Shown: piece by piece, positions 8,240-14,988 of the stretch
Position numbering within the stretch: position 1 is the stretch's first letter
How the letters are laid out: every line of letters starts with the position of its first letter
Virus record (IMG/VR): IMGVR_UViG_3300003375_000024
Length of the DNA: 20,000 nt
Strand: one strand, 5' to 3'
Source: an uncultured virus (IMG/VR IMGVR_UViG_3300003375_000024)
Taxonomy: Duplodnaviria; Heunggongvirae; Uroviricota; Caudoviricetes
Notes under the pieces: generated by a model
Told to the model about the DNA's origin: nothing
Seen by the model: only the letters and a program-made list of their open reading frames with translations
The model's database searches: none
Made by a program: the position numbers and the translations under genes

Positions 8240-8578
8240 ATGGGTTATGTAGACAACGCTGAGTTCAGCAACACCGACGATATGATTGATAGCGTGAACA
8301 ATATCGTTCACAATCATGTGCAGAATATGCGTCAGGTGGGCGCGGTGGAGCTTGGCCTAGATCGCCGGTGTGGGTCAGCATGGGTCAATGACGATTACAT
8401 CGTTACAGATGCCGGTAGTCGATTTGACTACTATGCAGGTTTCGAGTATGTAGACGCCGATGACATTCGCGTGGTTGGTGAATATAAATTCTATTCACGA
8501 CATTCAAGTCGTATCGCTGATTGTCTTGAAAATCTGGCAGAGGCAGACGGGTTGTGTGAGTCAGAGCTTGACAATTAA
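8240..8578 (+). CDS. Hypothetical protein; start corrected
   Basis: RBS then ATG 8240; ends LDN*. Confidence 0.8.
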   Translation: MGYVDNAEFSNTDDMIDSVNNIVHNHVQNMRQVGAVELGLDRRCGSAWVNDDYIVTDAGSRFDYYAGFEYVDADDIRVVGEYKFYSRHSSRIADCLENLAEADGLCESELDN

Positions 8579-8630
8579 ATCAGTATCGTCTACAATGTAG
8601 TTCTTGAAGCGAACAACACGGAGAAAGACC

Positions 8631-8858
8631 ATGACTAATGACCAGAAGCTGGCAGTAAAAGCAATTCATGAGCTTAGCTCGTTGGCAGCTGACTTCAAGA
8701 TGGGCATCATAAGCAACGATTACATTCGTGCTCAGCTGTTCAATGCGTTTGTTGGCATTGGCCTTGATGCGCCAAAAGTCGTAAAAGAAATTAAGTCCGC
8801 TATGCAGAACTGGGGCGAGTATGATGACGAAGAAGAAGAAGACGAGCGGGTCGCTTGA
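8631..8858 (+). CDS. Hypothetical protein with acidic tail; start corrected
   Basis: RBS then ATG 8631; stop is the TGA of the next -35. Confidence 0.8.
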   Translation: MTNDQKLAVKAIHELSSLAADFKMGIISNDYIRAQLFNAFVGIGLDAPKVVKEIKSAMQNWGEYDDEEEEDERVA

Positions 8859-8917
8859 CAATTAAATCAGTATCGTTTACAATGTAGTTCTTGAAGCAAA
8901 CAACACGGAGAAATACC

Positions 8918-9106
8918 ATGACTGACTTTAACGCACAAGATTATCCCGACGGTGTAGAAGACGATCAGTACGAAGTCACCGGCTGTGCTGAGGGCGAGGA
9001 AGAGTATGACTACGACGATAGCATGGATGGCGACTGGGACTCTGCCATGGCTTCGGCAGGGTTCGGTACCGACGAAGACTACGGCTTCGCTGACGAAGTT
9101 TATTAA
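8918..9106 (+). CDS. Extremely acidic 62-aa protein (SAMASAGFGTDEDYG motif)
   Basis: RBS then ATG 8918; Asp/Glu-rich with no Lys/Arg. Confidence 0.8.
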   Translation: MTDFNAQDYPDGVEDDQYEVTGCAEGEEEYDYDDSMDGDWDSAMASAGFGTDEDYGFADEVY

Positions 9107-9182
9107 CTAGTATGCGCGAGGTTGACAATTAAATCAACCTCGCGTACAATGTAGTTCTTGAAGCAGACAACGGAGAAAGACC

Positions 9183-9278
9183 ATGCGTGAAAAGACAGCT
9201 GAAGACCTACGTGTACTTGCTGAACTCAAAGCAAAATTGTACACAGCATTACTAATGGCCCGCTTACAACGAGGTTGA
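9183..9278 (+). CDS. 31-aa peptide; not in ORF track
   Basis: Full cassette with RBS; MREKTAEDLRVLAELKAKLYTALLMARLQRG*, stop in the next -35. Confidence 0.65.
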   Translation: MREKTAEDLRVLAELKAKLYTALLMARLQRG

Positions 9279-9337
9279 CAATTAAATCAACCTCGCGTAC
9301 AATGTAGTTCTTGAAGCAAACAACACGGAGAAATACC

Positions 9338-9667
9338 ATGATTACAGTAGATCAAGTTCTAGTCGCAAAGCAAGCCGCAGTCCAGGCCTCTAACGAGTAT
9401 TTCATGACACACCTCAAAGGCCGCGATACCGGCGCGTGTGGGTTCGCATGGGTTGAAGTGTACGTTGACCGCACTAACAGCAAGCAGGCGCAAGAGCTGA
9501 TCAAAGCCGGCTTCCGTAAAGACTACAAGCCCAAGTGCCTGTCGATGTGGAATCCCGGTGAGCTTCGTGCTCAGAACATTGACGCCAAAGATGCTGGCGC
9601 TAGACGCATGGCTGCAATGCTTGCGAATCTTGGCTTGAAGGCCTACGCTGGCTCACGACTAGACTAG
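9338..9667 (+). CDS. Phage hypothetical protein (GACGFAWV motif); start corrected
   Basis: RBS then ATG 9338. Confidence 0.85.
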   Translation: MITVDQVLVAKQAAVQASNEYFMTHLKGRDTGACGFAWVEVYVDRTNSKQAQELIKAGFRKDYKPKCLSMWNPGELRAQNIDAKDAGARRMAAMLANLGLKAYAGSRLD

Positions 9668-9745
9668 CAGTACATACGCCTGGTTGACAATTAAATCAGC
9701 CAGGCGTATAATGTAGTTCTTGAAGCAAACAACACGGAGAACGGC

Positions 9746-9934
9746 ATGGCTTATACTGAAAAGCAGTTAGACAAGATTTATAAGGCGCATGAAAAGTCAG
9801 GTCCGCGTGGTGCCTATTTTGATTGGTTTGGTTATCATCCGCTTCCGGGTAATAAAGGCACTCAAGACGTAGAGGATTTTATCATTGATTTTTATACTCA
9901 GTATAACGCTCTCGCCGGTTATCCTGTTTATTAA
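9746..9934 (+). CDS. Hypothetical protein, 62 aa
   Basis: Own promoter/RBS. Confidence 0.8.
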   Translation: MAYTEKQLDKIYKAHEKSGPRGAYFDWFGYHPLPGNKGTQDVEDFIIDFYTQYNALAGYPVY

Positions 9935-10063
9935 GAGTACCTCCACTGAGTAGGGTCAGTCGTTTCACCCCTTGAGCAAGGTTCCCTACCGCTCACCTCC
10001 ACTTGACAATTAAATCAGCCTAACATACAATGTAGTCATAGCAGTTAACAACAGGAGCTTACC

Positions 10064-10384
10064 ATGAAAAAAGTACTCGCAGTTCTTGTATTAGCGATTA
10101 TGACTACAGGCTGTGCATCGGCACAAAACCGTGGCTATAATCGTGGCTATGCCAATCCAGGCTACAACAATTCCTATCGTGTAAACAACGGTTACAACTA
10201 TGCTGGCGCTGCCATCGTCGGAGCGGTCGTAGGAGCTGTGGCTGCTGGCGTCATTAGTCAATCATACGCCCAACCAATGTCACAGCCGGTGTGTTACCAG
10301 GTGCCCGCCACCACATATGTGCCTAGTCAATTGAACCCTAACCAGATGGTGCCTATCACCACCGTTAATACTGTTTGTCGTTAG
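10064..10384 (+). CDS. Predicted lipoprotein with glycine-zipper-like segment
   Basis: MKK + hydrophobic core + TTGC lipobox-like site; GAAIVGAVVGAVAAG. Confidence 0.75.
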   Translation: MKKVLAVLVLAIMTTGCASAQNRGYNRGYANPGYNNSYRVNNGYNYAGAAIVGAVVGAVAAGVISQSYAQPMSQPVCYQVPATTYVPSQLNPNQMVPITTVNTVCR

Positions 10385-10439
10385 TTGACAATTAAATCAG
10401 GTAGGTCTACAATAGACCTATCGAAACAGGAGAAGCAAA

Positions 10440-10622
10440 ATGCCTAAATTTTATTCAGAACAAGCCTTCCAAGAAATGGTGGCACAGTATGTAGCGAATG
10501 GTTTCACCACCTCAGCTGCCGAGGAGATTGTTCGAGCAGAGGAAGTGATTGCCATGCAGGAATTTGATGAGTGGTTAGATGAGGTAGACGACACATCATA
10601 CTACACAGACATTGACAATTAA
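10440..10622 (+). CDS. Acidic hypothetical protein, 60 aa
   Basis: Own promoter/RBS; ends IDN*. Confidence 0.8.
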   Translation: MPKFYSEQAFQEMVAQYVANGFTTSAAEEIVRAEEVIAMQEFDEWLDEVDDTSYYTDIDN

Positions 10623-10671
10623 ATCAGTATCGGTTACAATGTAGTTCTTGACACACACAACGGAGAGTACC

Positions 10672-10857
10672 ATGTTTACAGATAAGCAAATGAAAGATTT
10701 TATAGCGTATCGCAAAGTCCAGCTGGGTGGCAAGTACAATATGTTTGATCCGCGAGCCACTCGGGCCACAGGTTTGTCCGAGTCCGAGTACGTGTTTGTA
10801 ATGAAGAATTACACAGCATTGAGAGAAGCTGCCGAGAAAGCTGCGGTTGACAATTAA
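10672..10857 (+). CDS. Hypothetical protein (KVQLGGKYNMF motif); start corrected
   Basis: RBS then ATG 10672; ends VDN*. Confidence 0.8.
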   Translation: MFTDKQMKDFIAYRKVQLGGKYNMFDPRATRATGLSESEYVFVMKNYTALREAAEKAAVDN

Positions 10858-10905
10858 ATCACCATCGCTTATAATGTAGTCACTGAAACGAAACGGAGAA
10901 ATACC

Positions 10906-11313
10906 ATGGCCTACATGTCCCAAGAAAAGAAAGCGAAACTTGCTCCCACCATCAAATCAATTCTTAAGCGGTATAACATCAAAGGCAGTCTGGCAGTCCG
11001 TAATCACAGTTCGCTTGTCTTGAACATCAAGTCAGGTCCGATTGACTTCATCACCAATACTAACGAGACCATCCAGCGCCAGCCAGGTGGCTTCCGTAAC
11101 GGCTCACCAGCGGTAGATCGCATTCAGGTCAATCCATACTGGTACCGTGAACACTTTACCGGCGAGGCCCTGGCCTTTCTGTCAGAAGTAATCCCTGCCA
11201 TGAATGACGGCAACCATGACCGCAGCGAGGCCCAGTACGACCACTTTGATGTGGGTTGGTATATTGATGTTAACATCGGGCAATGGGATAAGCCTTACAT
11301 CGTTACCGCTTGA
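10906..11313 (+). CDS. Phage hypothetical protein (MAYMSQEKK...DHFDVGWY)
   Basis: Own promoter/RBS; stop is the TGA of the next -35. Confidence 0.85.
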   Translation: MAYMSQEKKAKLAPTIKSILKRYNIKGSLAVRNHSSLVLNIKSGPIDFITNTNETIQRQPGGFRNGSPAVDRIQVNPYWYREHFTGEALAFLSEVIPAMNDGNHDRSEAQYDHFDVGWYIDVNIGQWDKPYIVTA

Positions 11314-11369
11314 CAATTAAATCAGGTAGGGCTATAATAGCCCTACTGAAACAACCAACGGAGAAATAC

Positions 11370-11576
11370 ATGGAAATCATCATGCCAGAACAAGTAGCAT
11401 TTGACATTGTAGGTGGTCGGGAAATCTCCACCATTAAGTTGAATTCCATGGGTCCAGGGTACGAGACCTGTGTATTCTATCCGAACGGAGACAACCAGGT
11501 GGTAGCCACGTATGATACACTAGAGGATGCCATTGCGAATCACAAGTTCATAGTTGCATGTGATTTTGCCGTTTGA
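11370..11576 (+). CDS. Hypothetical protein (YETCVF motif); start corrected
   Basis: RBS then ATG 11370. Confidence 0.8.
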   Translation: MEIIMPEQVAFDIVGGREISTIKLNSMGPGYETCVFYPNGDNQVVATYDTLEDAIANHKFIVACDFAV

Positions 11577-11630
11577 CAATTAAATCAGGTAGGGCTATAA
11601 TAGCCCTACTGAAACAAAACGGAGAGCCCC

Positions 11631-11831
11631 ATGAAGTTCACAGCCGGCAAGATCAAGCGATCAGGTAAGATTGTGGAAGTTCTAGGCATCACTCCAGGGA
11701 AGGGCATCTCCGTATGCTCTGAAGTATACAGCGACAAAGCATTAGAGCAGCAACGGTACCTACCGCTATCCACCGAGTTCGTTTGGGTAAGAGAGTTTAA
11801 CTTTAAGGATCAACCATGCCAGTCCGAGTAG
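11631..11831 (+). CDS. Hypothetical protein, 66 aa
   Basis: Own promoter/RBS. Confidence 0.8.
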   Translation: MKFTAGKIKRSGKIVEVLGITPGKGISVCSEVYSDKALEQQRYLPLSTEFVWVREFNFKDQPCQSE

Positions 11832-11995
11832 AAGTCCAATTCACCGCCTACGAACCAGGCACTGGCAACATCCTAGCCGAGGGTATCAGTACCATTCCAG
11901 GTAGTACCAATTGTTGGCAGGCAGAACAGGCCGTTCGAGCCATGTACAACGGCCTAGAAGTCTGTATCCGGAGTTCAACTCCATTCTACAACTAA
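11816..11995 (+). CDS. 59-aa hypothetical protein (MPVRVEVQF...); not in ORF track
   Basis: AAGGA RBS, overlaps previous gene end, TAA 11993-11995. Confidence 0.7.
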   Translation: MPVRVEVQFTAYEPGTGNILAEGISTIPGSTNCWQAEQAVRAMYNGLEVCIRSSTPFYN

Positions 11996-11996
11996 C

Positions 11997-12127
11997 ATCT
12001 CGGACCTAGAATCTCAACCTAGGATCTTAAACCTGAAATCTCAACCTCAAATCTCAACCCTAGATTTCAAACCTAACATTTCGCATCCAGGTTTCGCATC
12101 CGAATTTCGCGCCCGCATTTCGTACAC
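11997..12127. repeat. Ten 13-14 bp tandem units drifting from ATCTCAACCTAG to ATTTCGCATCC
   Basis: Units at 11997, 12011, 12024, 12038, 12051, 12064, 12078, 12091, 12104, 12117; homologous to 4499-4590. Confidence 0.85.
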
Positions 12128-12188
12128 TTGACAATTATATCATGTGACGCTATAATACGTACACATTGATACACACACGGAGATCCAC

Positions 12189-12458
12189 ATGGACTACACA
12201 GTAGAAGTATACAAGCGTGACGGACGTACCAAAGCGGGTGAGCGTCTTGAGATTAAACTTAGCTACCCTGCTGTAAACAACTGTATTCAACTTGAGAAGG
12301 ATCTGCTAAAGGTCTTTACTCACGAGAAAGGCTTCCGTCTTGCTATCCACGAGACATTCGTAACACGCAAGAATCTGCTCTCAGGCGTAGAGTTCCAAGA
12401 GCGGTACGATACACCAAGTTTCTGTAGTCCGTCAAGCGAAAGCTTCTGGGCTAACTAA
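12189..12458 (+). CDS. Phage hypothetical protein (YK.D.RTK.GERL...TP.FCSPSSE.FW)
   Basis: Own promoter/RBS. Confidence 0.85.
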   Translation: MDYTVEVYKRDGRTKAGERLEIKLSYPAVNNCIQLEKDLLKVFTHEKGFRLAIHETFVTRKNLLSGVEFQERYDTPSFCSPSSESFWAN

Positions 12459-12526
12459 GCATGGGGGCGAGGTTGACAATTAAATCAACCTCGCGTACAA
12501 TGTAGTTCTTGAAACAAGGAGAAGTT

Positions 12527-12712
12527 ATGGTTAAGCTATCAGATATTCAGGTGGGCTCACGGGTAATGGTCCGCGGTTGTTTCGGTATGGATGAGCCGGT
12601 TAAGGCCACAGTCACAGAAGTATTCGAGGAAATCAAGAACGGTAAGCCGGGAATCACCTATGATAATTCCTGGGCCTACCTCAACCAGGTGGTCCAGGTG
12701 GTGGAATACTAG
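12527..12712 (+). CDS. Hypothetical protein, possible SH3-like; start corrected
   Basis: AAGGAGA RBS then ATG 12527. Confidence 0.8.
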   Translation: MVKLSDIQVGSRVMVRGCFGMDEPVKATVTEVFEEIKNGKPGITYDNSWAYLNQVVQVVEY

Positions 12713-12833
12713 GACCGGGCCGCCAGGCCTGGGATCCAACCACCAGGCCAGCCGCCAAGGCCGCAGCCCCACCGCCAGGAGCGGAAGCGGGCAGGACCAA
12801 ACGCCGCCCTCGCGGAGGAGGTCAGCAATTTAT

Positions 12834-12862
12834 ATTGTACACGATAATGATTTAATTTGCAA
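12834..12862 (-). promoter_or_regulatory. Inverted cassette promoter (TTGCAA-ATTAAATC...-TACAAT), back-to-back with forward copy 12875
   Basis: GATTTAATTTGCAA 12849-12862; ATTGTA 12834-12839; 17-bp spacer. Confidence 0.7.
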
Positions 12863-12874
12863 GCAAAATCTCAG

Positions 12875-13018
12875 TTGACAATTAAATCATCGTATGAGAT
12901 GATTCGTTTGTCGAAGAAAACTGTATCGCTAAGCGAAAGTTAGTAGTTGACAATTAAATCGTAGTATGCAATAATTTGTTTGTTGACGAAAACTGTATCG
13001 CAAAGCGAAAGCGACTAG
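12875..13018 (+). repeat. Two tandem gene-less 72-bp cassettes
   Basis: -35 starts at 12875, 12947, 13019, exact 72-bp period; shared CTGTATCGC(A/T)AAGCGAAAG. Confidence 0.9.
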
Positions 13019-13091
13019 TTGACAATTAAATCGTAGTATGCAATAATTCAGTTTCTGAAGTTAAACGAAGTTTCTTAACAAGCGAGAAATT

Positions 13092-13325
13092 ATGCGTAAA
13101 GTATCTCAGACAGCAGCACAGATTTTAGATTTAGCAGACACGCACTACTCTACGACTATGACGTTTAGCGATGCTGATAGCGTGTCAAGTCGCAACAACA
13201 CGACAGTATCAGAATGGTTTTTGTTGTCAAGTGATGACGCTGAAGTGACAATTAAAATTGTCGAAGATAGCGAGCGCAATACTGACGACTATGTATCGCT
13301 TAGCGTGATAGTCGAGCGATTCTAG
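13092..13325 (+). CDS. Hypothetical protein, 77 aa, no Gly or Pro
   Basis: Promoter 13019; AAGCGAGA in place of the GGAG RBS. Confidence 0.75.
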   Translation: MRKVSQTAAQILDLADTHYSTTMTFSDADSVSSRNNTTVSEWFLLSSDDAEVTIKIVEDSERNTDDYVSLSVIVERF

Positions 13326-13409
13326 CAGTAAAAAGTAGAGCTTGACAATTAAATCGTCAAGCTCTACAATGTAGTTCTTGCAGCGAAACACTTAACAAGA
13401 GAGTGAAAC

Positions 13410-13748
13410 ATGAAAACAGATTACACTTTAGTCGAAGTACAGAGCATTTCCGATTCGTACTACGGTTGCTTTATCGTGAATGATCGTGATGCTGACATCA
13501 AGCTGAGCGATTTGCTTGCGAACGAACGCACTAGCATCTTTTTGTTCGAGTGTCAAGACGCATACTGCGAAGTGCGAATGACGAATCCGCTAGACGAGGA
13601 GGACCAAGAGTGTGACGTTGCGCTAGTGTCGAGCGTGACTGTGCTAAGCAAAGAGCAGTATGCTGAGCGCCAGCGCACCATCGACGCGGCGCGCAAGCGT
13701 GATCGTGCAGCAATTGCTGCGCTGCAAACGCTGATCGTAGTCGAGTAA
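13410..13748 (+). CDS. Hypothetical protein, 112 aa
   Basis: Promoter 13342; AAGAGAG RBS. Confidence 0.75.
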   Translation: MKTDYTLVEVQSISDSYYGCFIVNDRDADIKLSDLLANERTSIFLFECQDAYCEVRMTNPLDEEDQECDVALVSSVTVLSKEQYAERQRTIDAARKRDRAAIAALQTLIVVE

Positions 13749-13849
13749 GCTAAAGGGGGCTTAGTGCCCCCGCTAGTTGACAATTAAATCGTAGTATGCA
13801 ATAATTCAGTTTCTGAAGTGAAACGGTTCTTAACAAGTGAGAGCGAAAA

Positions 13850-14128
13850 ATGCGTAATACTTTCAACGCCAGCAATGTCCTGTTCGTCAAAGTCGCAGTC
13901 AAGAAAAACTTAGACGCTAAGTTTCTCGCAGTGACAGCAGATAACTTCGAGTCGTTCAATGCTAAAAATGCTTTATACTATGCTACTCTTAGCGCAGCGT
14001 CACTCTACGCTGATCTCATTAAGCAAGTTTTAGTGTTACAGAACGCAAGTAACACAAAATTAGTTAAGTTAATCTTAACTAAGCAAGTCGAGAAATTGCT
14101 CGAAAAGAACAGCGAAGTAACAGCGTAA
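13850..14128 (+). CDS. Hypothetical protein, 92 aa, no Gly/Pro/Trp
   Basis: Promoter 13777; GAGAG RBS. Confidence 0.75.
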   Translation: MRNTFNASNVLFVKVAVKKNLDAKFLAVTADNFESFNAKNALYYATLSAASLYADLIKQVLVLQNASNTKLVKLILTKQVEKLLEKNSEVTA

Positions 14129-14234
14129 AACACACGCTGTAAGCGCATTAGAGAGCGTATGCGCTCTTTAATGCGCGAGTTGATAGTAGCGTATGCGTTT
14201 CAGTTTAAAGCGCATACAGAGCGTTTAAATCGAT
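14129..14234 (+). repeat. Structured intergenic element (copies at 14989-15096 and, diverged, 6332-6433)
   Basis: CTGTAAGCGCA(T/C)TAGAGAGC...GCTCTTTA(A/G)TGCGC.AGTTGATAG...TACAGAGCGTTTAAATCG shared by the two desert copies. Confidence 0.8.
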
Positions 14235-14391
14235 TTGACAATTAAATCGTAGTATGAGATGATTCGTTTGTTGACGCAGCAAACGAAGCGCAGCGAAGTG
14301 AAGTGCAGATAGTGCTTGACGATTAAATCGAAGTAGTTTAAAATGTAGTTTCTGAAGTTAAACGAAGTACTCTTAACAAGTGAGAGCGAAT

Positions 14392-14988
14392 ATGTTTACA
14401 TCAATCGACGCAGTTGCAGTAAAAGCAAAGCAAGACGCAGCAACGAATTTTCTCAGCGCAAGCGACATTAGCGCAGCACTGCGAGCAGGAACTAACTTCG
14501 CTAACATCGAATACTGTGTTGAGCTTAACACTAGCGCAGCGAATCGTGCTGTTAAAATTCGCAAAGCTGTACGCTGCAACGCTCAGTTATTCGCAAGCAT
14601 TAAAGATTACGATTTGTATCGTAAGCAAGTGCTGCGCTCAGCAAGCAAGCTCAGCGAGTCAGAAATCACTGACTTCGTAGTAAGCGAAACTTACTTCGAG
14701 CACACAGATTGCTTTAGCATCGTGCAACACAAGAAAGACGCTGCTAAGCAATACTTGTATGCGATCTATAATCGTGCTGAGTCAGTAATCTTTGTTGACG
14801 ATGTTGAGTCTACTAAAGAATACGCAGCATCGTTCATGACTAAAAGTGACGCAGCAAAGCTGCTAGACGATAGCAAGTTAGTCTATAACAAGACTAACGA
14901 CGTAACGCACGACGTAACTCTGCGAGTGCTGACGCTGAGCAACATCGTAGAAATGACAGTCAACAAGCAAGTGCTGACTGTATCGTAA
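14392..14988 (+). CDS. Hypothetical protein, 198 aa, with one Gly and no Pro/Trp; start corrected
   Basis: Promoter 14316 (TTGACG-17-TAAAAT); GAGAG RBS then ATG 14392. Confidence 0.8.
   Translation: MFTSIDAVAVKAKQDAATNFLSASDISAALRAGTNFANIEYCVELNTSAANRAVKIRKAVRCNAQLFASIKDYDLYRKQVLRSASKLSESEITDFVVSETYFEHTDCFSIVQHKKDAAKQYLYAIYNRAESVIFVDDVESTKEYAASFMTKSDAAKLLDDSKLVYNKTNDVTHDVTLRVLTLSNIVEMTVNKQVLTVS

Larger units (their letters stand above)
27..14344 (+). repeat. Dispersed array of 43 forward copies of a promoter/RBS cassette (core TTGACAATTAAATC, 17-bp spacer to TA(C/T)AAT-like -10, usually followed by GTAGTTCTTGAAGC/ACTGAAAC and ACGGAGA RBS)
   Basis: -35 hexamer starts read at 27, 354, 753, 990, 1338, 1836, 2326, 2960 (degenerate), 3597, 3947, 4601, 5452, 5524, 5771, 5886, 6434, 6814, 7042, 7259, 7366, 7664, 7917, 8177, 8568, 8855, 9122, 9275, 9684, 10003, 10385, 10612, 10847, 11310, 11573, 12128, 12473, 12875, 12947, 13019, 13342, 13777, 14235, 14316. 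Confidence 0.97.

Noticed and set aside
6470..9337. Shared N-terminal peptide MKQTTRR(K/N)T in several ORF-track proteins
   Set aside because: Artefact of a TTG inside the repeated leader; the real starts are the ATGs after the ACGGAGA RBS
13245..13258. GTGACAATTAAAAT inside gene 13092 as another cassette
   Set aside because: Mismatched -35, no -10 at 17 bp, lies within a coding frame; at most a relic
27..14344. CRISPR array interpretation of the regular repeats
   Set aside because: Intervals are 72-850 bp and mostly hold RBS-led ORFs, the repeat is a promoter, and no cas genes are visible
376..14579. Minus-strand and alternate-frame ORFs in the array (e.g. 376-579, 1649-1921, 3354-3629, 5517-5777, 8580-8861, 10624-10923, 12591-12878)
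   Set aside because: They overlap better-supported + strand genes or run through promoter repeats, and lack an RBS
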